64,000 bases of DNA from assembly GCA_963843375.1 (NCBI GenBank), contig CAWJKT010000004.1:192001-256000 (forward strand), written 5' to 3'. A program made the translations under genes and the position numbers. Of the stretch, positions 18,825 to 28,937 are shown piece after piece. How positions within the stretch are numbered: the first letter of the stretch is position 1; each line of letters starts with the position of its first letter. This stretch comes from an uncultured Pseudomonadota bacterium. GTDB taxonomy: Bacteria > Oederibacteriota > Muellerivitia > Muellerivitales > Muellerivitaceae. Under the pieces are notes generated by a model. That model was not told the origin of the DNA. It saw nothing but the letters and a program-made list of their open reading frames with translations, and made no database searches.

Positions 18825-20921
18825 CTAGGGGTTTCCGATCGAAAGGGAAATGGCCATTTTGTAATCTTCCTGAGCTTTTTCTTTTTGGCCCATTAGTTTT
18901 TCACAAAAGGAAAGATTGGAATAAAATTGAGCGGCGGGAAGCCCATATTGAATAGCGTTTCGGTAGGCTTCACTTGCTTGGACAAAATGGCCGTCCAACA
19001 CTTTAAATAATCCAAGCTTTTCCCAGTATATTGCGGTTAATAAAGGGTCTTCTTGAAATTGACTTTTCAACCCGGGGAAGGACTCCATAAATCCAGACCA
19101 ATTTTCTTTAATGGTTTTGTTTTTCAACCTTAGATTTATTCCTCGGTAAATCTTGTCGGCTTGGATCCAACGTTGAAGGAGGGATTCCGAAAACTCCGAA
19201 AGGGGGATAAGAAAAAGTCCCATAGGAGGCGCCGCATCGGGTTCTGACTTGTCGGTTTTCAATATTTTAAAGCGAAGTCCGGGGAAATCCTTTATCAGGA
19301 AGGGAGCGAAGTGGCGGTTAAGAATAAGCGCAGCCCATTTGGGAGAGGTGTCGGTTAAGGCTGTGTTTTGGAGAACATCAAAGGGATAAGAAGCTATGTT
19401 CAAGGTCTTGTTGTCGTAGTCGGTGCTAAATTCGGTAAATATATAGAAGGGGCCATTTTGATCGCTTTGGGTCTTGAGTGTTTGATAAGCATCCCAATAT
19501 TCCACCGACCTCCATTGCTGGTCGGCTGGAACCCCCCGAATGTTCGAATAATGGCCCACAAAATTATATCCATTCAAAGTGAGATTCGTTAAGAAGATAA
19601 AAAGGGTGAAAATAACTGGCCAAGGTTTCCATTGAATTTTAAAGTTGTGGATGGACAGGCAATGGGCTCCGAAGGTTGCCAACAACATCCAAAGGAGAAG
19701 GGACGGGGTGGTCCGGTACAACTCCAAATGGTTGGTGATAGTTCCGGGGAGAAGGAAGAGGACGAGAGCCAACCCAAGCCAAAAAAGAAATTTTCTTTCT
19801 ATTTTTCCAATAGCAAAAAGACTTCCGATAAAAACCAGCGAATCGGTTAGGGGATTCAACATTCCGCCCCAATTCGAGCTAAAAGGAAAACTGACTTTGC
19901 CGTTCCAAAAGAAGCAATTCAAATAATCCAAGTAGGAAAAGAACAAGGACGGGGGACCGAATTTTCCCGCGATGACCGCTAAATTTCCAGGCCCTAGACG
20001 GGCTGAAATCAGAGGCAATGCCAGCAATGAAGTCAAAGCGCTATAAGCCAGAAAGAACTCTAAGTCTTTGTTATTTTCTTTCCACCCATGGGCTAAAAGA
20101 ACGAGACCAATGAAAAACCACACGATGCCCCAATTCACATAGGAATAAAATCCCAGGCCGCAACAGGTGCTCAAGGCTAGAATCCATATCCATTGGAGAC
20201 TTACCTTTTTGGTTTTAAAGAAGAGACCCAATAAGCCGAAGGCCAGAAATTCAAAAATAGGGATCAAGTCGTTCGGATGACAAAATCGCATTAATGAAAA
20301 GCACCAAAAAGAAAAAGAAAAAAACCATAAAAACATGAAGGAAAAGGATTTTGAAAAAAACTGACGACAGGCCCAATAGGCGAGGCTGCAGGAAGCCAAA
20401 GAGGCCAAAGTTGGAAAAAGCCTTAAGGAAAAAAGCGAGGGTGGAAAGATTTTGAAAAAAAACGCCAGGAGCCAAATCAAAAAGGGTTCGACCCGGCCTT
20501 GGGTCCAAAGAAATTCCCAACGCCAATGACGGGATAAATCCATCGCTAAAGTGGAAAAAATCCCTTCGTCGCTCAATAACCAGAAGGGGATGGTCGTCAG
20601 TTTATAAAATCGGGTCAGGATGAGACAAAAAAAGAATAATCCCCATAACCAGGTGGAAGGGGCTTGATTGAAAACTTGGGAAGGGACTTCCCAGGAAAAT
20701 TTCCCGCTAGCAGGCGCCAGCCTCCGTTGTTTCAAAACATCGAATAAACCCAATAGGTATGGAACGGCTAGTCCGCCGAATCCGACCCAAAGTTTAGTTT
20801 GCAAGGATAAGTCGAAATAAGAAAGAAGGGTATTGGAGATGAGAAAGATTAAAAAATAGATCCAAGGATGAAATGGGATTTGGCGATGTAGAAGGCCATG
20901 AAATGGTCGAAGGTCGGTCAC
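18825..20921 (-). CDS. ArnT/PMT-like GT-C membrane glycosyltransferase with C-terminal TPR
   Basis: Many TM helices, early-loop SDEG acidic motif, SLRL motif and TPR-like C-terminus; close paralog of 21051..23096. Confidence 0.75.
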   Translation of the reverse strand: MTDLRPFHGLLHRQIPFHPWIYFLIFLISNTLLSYFDLSLQTKLWVGFGGLAVPYLLGLFDVLKQRRLAPASGKFSWEVPSQVFNQAPSTWLWGLFFFCLILTRFYKLTTIPFWLLSDEGIFSTLAMDLSRHWRWEFLWTQGRVEPFLIWLLAFFFKIFPPSLFSLRLFPTLASLASCSLAYWACRQFFSKSFSFMFLWFFSFSFWCFSLMRFCHPNDLIPIFEFLAFGLLGLFFKTKKVSLQWIWILALSTCCGLGFYSYVNWGIVWFFIGLVLLAHGWKENNKDLEFFLAYSALTSLLALPLISARLGPGNLAVIAGKFGPPSLFFSYLDYLNCFFWNGKVSFPFSSNWGGMLNPLTDSLVFIGSLFAIGKIERKFLFWLGLALVLFLLPGTITNHLELYRTTPSLLLWMLLATFGAHCLSIHNFKIQWKPWPVIFTLFIFLTNLTLNGYNFVGHYSNIRGVPADQQWRSVEYWDAYQTLKTQSDQNGPFYIFTEFSTDYDNKTLNIASYPFDVLQNTALTDTSPKWAALILNRHFAPFLIKDFPGLRFKILKTDKSEPDAAPPMGLFLIPLSEFSESLLQRWIQADKIYRGINLRLKNKTIKENWSGFMESFPGLKSQFQEDPLLTAIYWEKLGLFKVLDGHFVQASEAYRNAIQYGLPAAQFYSNLSFCEKLMGQKEKAQEDYKMAISLSIGNP

Positions 20922-21050
20922 CGGTCGTCCTAACTTAAAAATGTTTTTTTAACCGTTTTAAGCTGATGATTTAGCCCGCACAGATCCAAAACTGATTTTC
21001 AGAATATATTAATGATTTTAAAAGAAAATAATTTCCTTAATTTACTAGTT

Positions 21051-23096
21051 TCAAATATTTTTTTTTGATTCCGCCAATTGCCTGGCTCGGGCCAAGTTAT
21101 GACGGAAGTGATCTAGGGGATATCCCTCTTGAAGGGCTTTCTGAAAGGACTGGGCGGCCGCTGGGAAATCACCCGCCATTACTTGAAAAGACGCCGATTT
21201 CTCCCAATAAACGGATTCCAAGTAAGGATCACCTTTTGAAAGATTTTGAATGGGAGCCATGGGGCCCACGAATTGTTCCCATGAAGTAAGGGGGCTTTTG
21301 TTTTTGACTTCAAGGCTAACCTTGCGATAAACCTCGTGAGCCCGGATCCATTGATTCAAAGTTTGAGGTGGAATCTCTTCCTCGGGGATTAATAGGAGTC
21401 CAAGGGAATGATGAAGATCTTGAGGCGGTAGATTGGAGTTCAACAATATAGCTTTCAGCCCAGGAAAGCGTTTTTGAAGGAAAGGAGCGTAGTTGATATT
21501 GCAAAGAAGGGCCACCCAATGGGGTTGGATATGGGATAAATCAGGGTTTTGAAGGGCATCCAGGGGATAGTCAGCGACAAGCAAGGTCTTGTCGTCATAA
21601 TCGTTGTTAAATTCTGAGAAAACATAAAGCGGACCCGATTGTTCAGCTTGGGACCTTAGGATTTGATAAGCATTCCAATACTCGACAGATCGCCACTGGC
21701 GGTAAGGAAGGGATCTTTTTATATCGGAATAAGGTCCAAAAAAATTGTAAATATTAAGAGCCAAGGAACCCAGAAGAAGGCAGACGATCCATCCCCGAGA
21801 AGAGGTAATTTGGACACCATGAGAAATAAGACTTTGGACTCCCAATGTGGCCAATAGTATCCAAAAGGGTAAAGCGGGTGTGGTCCGGTGTAACTCCAAA
21901 TAATTAGAAATGACTCCTGGAAGCATTGTGAGAAACAATCCCAGCCCCATCCAAGCCCACAATGTTTTTTCAAATTTTTCGGCCAGCCGAAGCGTTCCCA
22001 TGAAAACCAAGGAACCCATGATGGGATTCAGCATTCCACCCCAATCGGGTCCAAAGGGATAACTGGCTTTGCTTTCCCAAAACAATCCGCTGAAATAAAG
22101 GATCCAGGATTTAGCGGAGAAGAAGCCACCAAAATCGTTGTTAATATTTGACATGGCGCCCGGCGCGAAGCGGGAAATGAATAAAGAAAAAGCCAGAAAC
22201 ACTGTTACGAATTCAAAGGCCGCAAAAAATTTCAGATTCCGTGTTTCGCTATTAAATCCATACGCGAAAAGGACCAAGGTGACAAAAAACCAAACGACAA
22301 CCCAATTCACATAAGCGTAAAACCCTATGCCGCAACACAAGCCTAATGCCAGGATCCATCCCCACTTTGAGGAATTGTGCTTGGATTTAGTCAAGCCGCC
22401 CAGAAGGCCGAAGGTCAGGAGTTCGAAGATGGGGATCAAGTCATTTGGATGGCAAAAACGCATTAATGAAAATTCCCAAAAAGAGAAGGAAAACAACCAG
22501 CAAAAGACAAAAGAAAAGAATTTCGGGAAAAATTGGCGGGCCGCCCAATAAGCAAGAGCCGCCGCCAAGATTGATAATAAAGCGGTGAAAAGCCGAAGCG
22601 TCGTAAATGAAGGCCCGAAGATGCGGAAAAATTCACCCAGGCTCCATGTTAAAAGGGGTTCCATCCGAAACTCACCCCACAACAAACTCCAATTCCATTT
22701 TTTTTGAAGACTCATGGCAAACATAGCGAAGGTTCCTTCATCGCTTATTGGCCAGAAGGGGACGGTGGTAAGTTTGTAAAATCTTGAGAAAAGGAGAAAA
22801 AAAGCAAAAGAAAACCACAACCAAGGGGAAAGGATGTTATGTGTGAAAGGGAAGTCCGGAAAACTTAAAGAATATGGCATCATCGATTTAGATTTCCATC
22901 GAATTTTCAGAACAGTCCACAAGGCTATAGAAAAAGGAATTATCAATCCGAGGAAACCCACCCAAAGCCTGATGGAAAAAGAGAAGGAAAAATAAGAAAG
23001 AAGGATGTTCGATGAAAGGAAAATCCAAAAATAAAACCAGGGATGAAAGATTCGGGGGGGAAGCAAAGGGATATTCTCAGAATCCTCTTTATTCAT
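21051..23096 (-). CDS. ArnT/PMT-like GT-C membrane glycosyltransferase with C-terminal TPR
   Basis: FYKLTTVPFWPISDEG, MRFCHPNDLIPIFE, WGGMLNP, QWRSVEYW and YWEK are shared with its neighbour. Confidence 0.75.
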   Translation of the reverse strand: MNKEDSENIPLLPPRIFHPWFYFWIFLSSNILLSYFSFSFSIRLWVGFLGLIIPFSIALWTVLKIRWKSKSMMPYSLSFPDFPFTHNILSPWLWFSFAFFLLFSRFYKLTTVPFWPISDEGTFAMFAMSLQKKWNWSLLWGEFRMEPLLTWSLGEFFRIFGPSFTTLRLFTALLSILAAALAYWAARQFFPKFFSFVFCWLFSFSFWEFSLMRFCHPNDLIPIFELLTFGLLGGLTKSKHNSSKWGWILALGLCCGIGFYAYVNWVVVWFFVTLVLFAYGFNSETRNLKFFAAFEFVTVFLAFSLFISRFAPGAMSNINNDFGGFFSAKSWILYFSGLFWESKASYPFGPDWGGMLNPIMGSLVFMGTLRLAEKFEKTLWAWMGLGLFLTMLPGVISNYLELHRTTPALPFWILLATLGVQSLISHGVQITSSRGWIVCLLLGSLALNIYNFFGPYSDIKRSLPYRQWRSVEYWNAYQILRSQAEQSGPLYVFSEFNNDYDDKTLLVADYPLDALQNPDLSHIQPHWVALLCNINYAPFLQKRFPGLKAILLNSNLPPQDLHHSLGLLLIPEEEIPPQTLNQWIRAHEVYRKVSLEVKNKSPLTSWEQFVGPMAPIQNLSKGDPYLESVYWEKSASFQVMAGDFPAAAQSFQKALQEGYPLDHFRHNLARARQLAESKKNI

Positions 23097-23138
23097 AGGA
23101 GATATCCTAACATGACACTTTGACCGAGGTCCTCCTTG

Positions 23139-24737
23139 TTAGGCCATATCCAAGAGTTGGTGGTTGGGGCATTTGCGGAGGGTGTAATCCTTGTCCCATA
23201 GCGTCCGGAAAAGGATCACGGGGCGATTGAGTTTATCCCTGGTTTTTAAGGCCTGCACCGGCGGGTCGAAGGTATCCACGTCGCCTTTCAGCCAAGCGCT
23301 GCAGGTGTAGGGTAAAAGCTCCAAGTCGGATTCTACACCATACTCGCTTTTCAAGCGGTATTGCAGGACGTCGAACTGAAGGCGACCCACGGCGGCCACG
23401 TAAAAATCAAGTTCGTCCCAACTTTTCAACATCTGCACCGTCCCCTCGGCGGTCATTTGCTCCACGCCCTTGTCGAAGGACTTGCGCTTGCCCACGTCCT
23501 TGGGCCGGACCCGCGCGAAAATTTCCGGCTGGAAGGACGGCAGGGGCTTGAAGTTGAATCCGCCGGTAAGGGAGATAGTGTCGCCGATGGCGAAGGTGCC
23601 GGGGTTGATGACGCCCACAATGTCTCCCGGATAGGCAAGGTCCACGGTATTTCGGTCCTGGGCCAGCATGGAATGGGGTCGCGACAGACGAAGCTCTCGA
23701 TTCAATCGGTGGTGCTTCACTACTAGGTCACGCTCGAATCGGCCCGAGCAGATACGGAGGAAAGCGGTGCTATCCCGATGCTTGGGGTTCATGTTGGCCT
23801 GCAACTTGAAAACATAGGCTGAAAATGGGGTTTCGATGGGATCCACCAGAATTTCTCCTTCGGGAGCGTCCGCGATTCGGGCGCCCGGCGGAGGGGCCAT
23901 TTCCACGAAAGCGTCAAAGAAGGGCTCGACCCCGAAGTTGGTTAGTGCCGAGGCGAAAAAAACGGGGGTCACCTTGCCCTTTAAAAACTCGTCATGATTA
24001 TAGGGATTCCCGGCCACTTCCAATAATTCCAGGTCATGGTGTAACTTCTCCCAAAGCTCTTCCGAAACGTGATCTTTCACGCCGTGGTCGGATAGAGCAA
24101 TACGTTCAACCGCCGCCTTGGCCGCGCCGCCCACGGATTTTTTGGTAAATAGCAAAAGATCTTTGGTGCGGCGATCCACTACGCCCCTGAATTCTCGCCC
24201 CGACCCAACAGGCCAATTGATAGGGGAGGAATGGATGCCGAGCACCTGTTCCACTTCCTGCATCAAGTCCAGGGGATCCCGGCCCGGTAGGTCCATCTTG
24301 TTGATGAAGGTCATGACCGGGATACCCCTCAGGCGACAGACCTCGAAGAGTTTGCGGGTCTGGGTTTCCACACCTTTGGCGGCGTCTATCACCATGATGG
24401 CACAGTCGGCAGCGGTAAGGGTGCGGTAAGTATCTTCAGAAAAGTCCTGATGGCCCGGGGTGTCCAGCACGTTAATAATGGATTTCTTGTAGGGAAACTG
24501 CATGGCGGTGGCCGTGATAGAGATACCCCGCTCCTGCTCCATGCCCATCCAGTCTGAAACCGCCACCTTGCCGCCCTTGCGGCCTCGCACCATTCCTGCG
24601 GTTTGAATCATGCCGGAATAAAGCAACAGCTTTTCCGTTAATGTAGTTTTACCCGCGTCCGGATGGCTGATGATGGCGAAGGTTCGGCGCTTCGCGATCG
24701 CATTTTTGATTTCATTGGTCAGATTGGGGTCGGTCAT
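23139..24737 (-). CDS. prfC: Peptide chain release factor 3
   Basis: RRTFAIISHPDAGKTTLTEKLLL, DTPGHQDFSEDTYR, FKLQANMNPKHRD and VGRLQFDV motifs. Confidence 0.97.
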   Translation of the reverse strand: MTDPNLTNEIKNAIAKRRTFAIISHPDAGKTTLTEKLLLYSGMIQTAGMVRGRKGGKVAVSDWMGMEQERGISITATAMQFPYKKSIINVLDTPGHQDFSEDTYRTLTAADCAIMVIDAAKGVETQTRKLFEVCRLRGIPVMTFINKMDLPGRDPLDLMQEVEQVLGIHSSPINWPVGSGREFRGVVDRRTKDLLLFTKKSVGGAAKAAVERIALSDHGVKDHVSEELWEKLHHDLELLEVAGNPYNHDEFLKGKVTPVFFASALTNFGVEPFFDAFVEMAPPPGARIADAPEGEILVDPIETPFSAYVFKLQANMNPKHRDSTAFLRICSGRFERDLVVKHHRLNRELRLSRPHSMLAQDRNTVDLAYPGDIVGVINPGTFAIGDTISLTGGFNFKPLPSFQPEIFARVRPKDVGKRKSFDKGVEQMTAEGTVQMLKSWDELDFYVAAVGRLQFDVLQYRLKSEYGVESDLELLPYTCSAWLKGDVDTFDPPVQALKTRDKLNRPVILFRTLWDKDYTLRKCPNHQLLDMA

Positions 24738-24816
24738 AGGGGCGACATGATAGCAAACAATGACCTTTTCTTGGATATAGGGTTGGGCTAAAGTAACGCC
24801 ATTCCATGTTCAAAGG

Positions 24817-25911
24817 ATGCACATGCGGAACACTTTTTGCCTGAAGTGGGATCAGGAACACGGCGCTAAATTGGTGGATTTCCATGGTTGGAACATGCCA
24901 GTTTCCTACGCCAAGGGTATTCTTTTTGAGCACGAGGCAACCCGCACCAGCGCGGGCCTTTTCAATATCTCCCACATGGGACGTCTGCGTCTCTATGGGC
25001 CCCAGGCCTACAAGCTTTGCCAATATGCCTTTACCAATGACCTTTCCAAGGTCAGCATCGGCAGTGCCCTTTATGGTTTTCTTCTTAATGCCAGGGGCGG
25101 CATCATCGATGATGTCATCATCTATAAGGAAGCCAACGACCGGTTTCTTTGGATCATAAACGCAGGAGGCCGGGGAACGGATGTGGAACAATTGACGCGC
25201 TTAGCTTCCGGAAAGGACTTGACGATGGAAGTTCTTTCCGACCACACCGCCCTGCTGGCTCTCCAGGGTCCCAAGGCTGATGCCGTCTTAAAGCGACTGG
25301 TGAAGGACGTGAATTTGGACAAGGTTCCCTATTTTGGCTTCGGGCGAGGGACGATCCAGGGAAAATCCGCCATCATCATGGCTACCGGCTATACGGGGGA
25401 AGATGGTTACGAAGTGATGGTTGACGTAAAGGATGCCCCTATGGTCTGGGACTTGCTGGTCAGCCAGCCGGAAGTGACCGCTTGCGGCCTGGGCGCTCGT
25501 GATTCCCTGCGCCTAGAAGCCGGACTGCCCCTCCATGGAAACGATATCGACGAAAACACCCAGCCTTTCGAGGCCGGCCTGGGATGGGCGGTCAAGATAG
25601 ATAAGGAGGGTGGATTTTTTGGCCGCGAAGCCCTGAATAAGAACCCAAGCCGTAAATTGATTGGATTGACTCTTGAGGGCCAGAATATCCCCCGGTCCCA
25701 CTACAAGGTTGTTTCGGAAGGCCAGGAAGCCGGGGAAGTGACCAGCGGTGTTTTCTCTCCGACCTTAAAAAAGGGAATTGCCCTGGCTTACGTTAAAAGC
25801 GAATTAGTGGAAAAACCCCTGGCGGTTGATATCCGGGGCAAAGCCGTCCCCGCGCAAAAGACGAAGCTTCCCTGGGTTAGGCACGTCACCAAAGGGAAGG
25901 CCAAAATTTAA
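24817..25911 (+). CDS. gcvT: Glycine cleavage system aminomethyltransferase T
   Basis: F.GWNMPVSY, ISHMG, GGIIDD, TGYTGEDGYE and GLGARDSLRLEAG motifs. Confidence 0.96.
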   Translation: MHMRNTFCLKWDQEHGAKLVDFHGWNMPVSYAKGILFEHEATRTSAGLFNISHMGRLRLYGPQAYKLCQYAFTNDLSKVSIGSALYGFLLNARGGIIDDVIIYKEANDRFLWIINAGGRGTDVEQLTRLASGKDLTMEVLSDHTALLALQGPKADAVLKRLVKDVNLDKVPYFGFGRGTIQGKSAIIMATGYTGEDGYEVMVDVKDAPMVWDLLVSQPEVTACGLGARDSLRLEAGLPLHGNDIDENTQPFEAGLGWAVKIDKEGGFFGREALNKNPSRKLIGLTLEGQNIPRSHYKVVSEGQEAGEVTSGVFSPTLKKGIALAYVKSELVEKPLAVDIRGKAVPAQKTKLPWVRHVTKGKAKI

Positions 25912-25929
25912 GGATCCCCGCATCCGATT

Positions 25930-28674
25930 TTAAGGTGCTGTTGGAGATCGAACTACCGAAATGCTTTTCAAGGCCGTTCCATCCTTGTAAATCACCACGA
26001 AATATTGGCCGGGGGGCATGTCGTTGCCTTTCTCATCGCGGCCATCCCATTCCACCCAAGCCTCCGTTTCGGCCACTACGTGCCGGTCATAAATGGTTTT
26101 TACCGGATTGGCTTCTCGGTCCACAATTTGAAGTTGGTACCACCCAGGACCGTCCCCGAAGGAAACGTAGATATTTGCAGGCGGGGCGGCGAATTCGATG
26201 GTTTGTTCCTTATCAAGCAGGGAAAGCAAGTTGGTCACGACCCTAGTGGGCGTTGGAAGCGCGGTTTTTAAAATAGGTGTTCTTGTCGGCCAGGGTCTTA
26301 GTGTGGCTGTCTTCGTTGGGCGCCAAACCCACGTCGGTGTGGGTTGAATCCTCATGCGCTTGAGCCGGGGTTTAGGGGTTAAAGCGGGAAGCGGACTGGG
26401 CGCGAGGGTGGGCCGCAAAAGAGGAATGATCGCTGGAAGCGAGTAAGGTGTAGGAGATGGCCTCAAATTCAAAACGGGAACAAACATTGAATAAGGAGTT
26501 GCTGTTGGAATGGGAATGGGTGTGGATGTTGGCCAGGGTGTATCAGTTGGAGTGGTCGTAAAGATCCGGGTGGGCCAGGGTGTGGGTGAAGGAGTGGGTA
26601 CTAATATAGGTTCCTCCGGAACTTGGGGATTGGGGCAATTCGAAGGGTTTCCGTAAAAAGCAATTTGATCCACGCTGAAAGCGAAGGATCCGCGACCTTT
26701 GGATTCGAATCCGACTCCCGTTATGTCGCTTCCGTCTGGATGGGTTGCCGCTCCCCCTTCCGTTTCCCACCAGGACTTTAGGCTCATCTCCTTAAAGGGA
26801 ACCCTGAATAAGGTCCAGACCCCTTTGGGAGGGACGACGTTAAAAGAATAACCGTTGACGTCCGTCACGGATGAACTAAGAAGGTTAAACCAATAGCTGT
26901 TGCCGTCGCCTTTCATCCAAAACTGGACGCCGGTGAGGCCGTGGATCACGGTATTGAAAGGGGCACCATTGGCGAAGAGGGGGGTCTGGAAAACCACATC
27001 ACCTCCTTTCGAACCCAAAGGGTTCTCCCCGGACACGGAAGCGCAAAAGCGGCTCCCTTGAGCGCCGGGTTCGCTGTAAGACACGATGATGCGGCTGTCG
27101 GAAGAAGCAATCGCGTTCCATTTCCCTCCCCAGCGATTGATGCGGGCGGGAGGAGGGCCATTTCGCGCCGGATCCTCGAAGTCGTCGATCCCCCTGTCCA
27201 GGCAGTCATTTTCCAGGGGGGTGGGGGTGATGGTGGGAGTCGGGGCCCCCGCCCCGGGGGTGGAACAATTGGAAACATAATCACCATAAAAGGAGATCTG
27301 ATCCAGGCTGTAAGCGAAGGAATTGTTGTCCTTGGGATAAAATTGAATCGCTGTGATGTCGGTTCCCTCAAATTTTTCGGGAAGGTCGTATTGCCGCCTA
27401 AAATCAAAATTTGGACGGCTCATTTCATCGAATGGGATTTGGTAAAAAGTCCAATAAGTCTTAGGGGTGACCAGGTAACTGTACCAATCCAAGTCCGTAA
27501 CGGCTTTGGAGGGGAGCTGGACCCAATAACTTTGGCCATCCCCCTTCATCCAAAACTGGATGCCCTTAAAGTGGTAACCGGCTGCGTTAAAAGAATTGAT
27601 CCAACCCGAAGGAGAGCCGGCCAGGGCGGATTGATACAGGGCGAAACTGGTTTCATTGCGGTTTCCGGTCATCATGGAGCCTGTAACTCCCGCCGAATAG
27701 CGGCTGGAGCCCTGGCCGGGGCCGCTGTAAGTCACGCCCATACTATTGCCGTTGGTGTATTTCAATCTCCATTGGCCGTCCCAGAGGTTAGTCCGAGTGT
27801 TATCGGACAGCCAGACACCGTCTGTCTGGGTAGGTGGCGCGGGGGAAGGTATGTTGCGGCCCGGGTCGGCGAAATCGTCGATCAAGGTTGTGGGGCAGCC
27901 GTTGACGACGGGCAGGGTGAGAGCACCGGAAGACGAAGGAGGTGCGGCATCCGAGTGGGCGTCGAAGTTCCGGTTAAAAGTGATGGTGAAATCGAAATCT
28001 TTATTTTCTCCCTTTTCCCAAATCCAATTAGGTTTGGAATCGTTGTGGGAATAGACCAGGCACAAATCGGGATCATAGTCCCGGTTATCCGCCATCACCA
28101 AATGAAGCCCTTCCGAAGTCATTTGGACCGTCAGGCCCCCGTGGGTGTGGGAAGGGCCCATGGAAAAGGGGGCTGAATCGGCCTGGCGAATCGCCCAATC
28201 GGTCACCCTATCCACCGGTATAAGGCCCTCATTGTCATTGAATTCGTAGGTATCGCCCTGCCAATCTGAATAGGGAAAACTGGCGTAAACCTGGACACAG
28301 CTGACTTCAACCGATTCCCGGGGAACCAAATGGTAATAGATGTGCAGGCCCGATCCGGAGGTTTCGACTCGGTATAGGAGGTCCACCAAAACCCCATTCA
28401 CCCGGGCGATGGCGTTGAAACCTGGTCTTAATTCGTTGGCGCGCCCCGCTTGAAACGGGAAATAGCCTTCCCAATGTTTCTCCACGAAATTTCCGGTAAA
28501 TATGACCGGGTTCACGTGGAGAACCTCTTGAAGATTGTCCTTTATGACAACGGTGCCGCTATCGAAGGCTTGGATGCTCAAGGGAGAAGCGCTTTTATCC
28601 GATGCCGATGCGGGAAGGCATTGGCCTAAGGCCAGAAGACTCCCAAGCCAAAGGCTTTTAACGAGATTATTCAT
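25930..28674 (-). CDS. Secreted protein: N-terminal beta domain, two CBM11/CIA30-like modules, Pro/Thr-rich stalk, C-terminal FlgD Ig-like domain
   Basis: Signal peptide, duplicated IDDF.DP.RN...G(I/V)QFWMKGDG..YW...DQI.FYG modules, PTPT repeats and WDGRDEKG..MPPGQYFV terminus. Confidence 0.75.
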   Translation of the reverse strand: MNNLVKSLWLGSLLALGQCLPASASDKSASPLSIQAFDSGTVVIKDNLQEVLHVNPVIFTGNFVEKHWEGYFPFQAGRANELRPGFNAIARVNGVLVDLLYRVETSGSGLHIYYHLVPRESVEVSCVQVYASFPYSDWQGDTYEFNDNEGLIPVDRVTDWAIRQADSAPFSMGPSHTHGGLTVQMTSEGLHLVMADNRDYDPDLCLVYSHNDSKPNWIWEKGENKDFDFTITFNRNFDAHSDAAPPSSSGALTLPVVNGCPTTLIDDFADPGRNIPSPAPPTQTDGVWLSDNTRTNLWDGQWRLKYTNGNSMGVTYSGPGQGSSRYSAGVTGSMMTGNRNETSFALYQSALAGSPSGWINSFNAAGYHFKGIQFWMKGDGQSYWVQLPSKAVTDLDWYSYLVTPKTYWTFYQIPFDEMSRPNFDFRRQYDLPEKFEGTDITAIQFYPKDNNSFAYSLDQISFYGDYVSNCSTPGAGAPTPTITPTPLENDCLDRGIDDFEDPARNGPPPARINRWGGKWNAIASSDSRIIVSYSEPGAQGSRFCASVSGENPLGSKGGDVVFQTPLFANGAPFNTVIHGLTGVQFWMKGDGNSYWFNLLSSSVTDVNGYSFNVVPPKGVWTLFRVPFKEMSLKSWWETEGGAATHPDGSDITGVGFESKGRGSFAFSVDQIAFYGNPSNCPNPQVPEEPILVPTPSPTPWPTRIFTTTPTDTPWPTSTPIPIPTATPYSMFVPVLNLRPSPTPYSLPAIIPLLRPTLAPSPLPALTPKPRLKRMRIQPTPTWVWRPTKTATLRPWPTRTPILKTALPTPTRVVTNLLSLLDKEQTIEFAAPPANIYVSFGDGPGWYQLQIVDREANPVKTIYDRHVVAETEAWVEWDGRDEKGNDMPPGQYFVVIYKDGTALKSISVVRSPTAP

Positions 28675-28937
28675 AACTAGGATTCTAACAGGCTCCTCCC
28701 GGGTCAGGATGGCGGAGTGGTCTTTTTCCCGGGGTTGGGGCAGGTTAATTTTGGCCCTTTAATAATTGGAAATAATTTTTTTATGGAATTTCCACAATGT
28801 TGAAGTAGGGTAACATTAAAGAAACTTAATCAGGAATTTAACCGTCTATAAAATCGACTAATCTTGAATTTGTGGCCACCGTAATTAAACAAGGAATATT
28901 TTCCAATGCCTGCCTCAATCATGAAGGGATTATTCAA

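Noticed and set aside
26941..28176. 411-aa plus-strand ORF
   Set aside because: Antisense shadow of the CBM/FlgD gene; no recognisable motifs.
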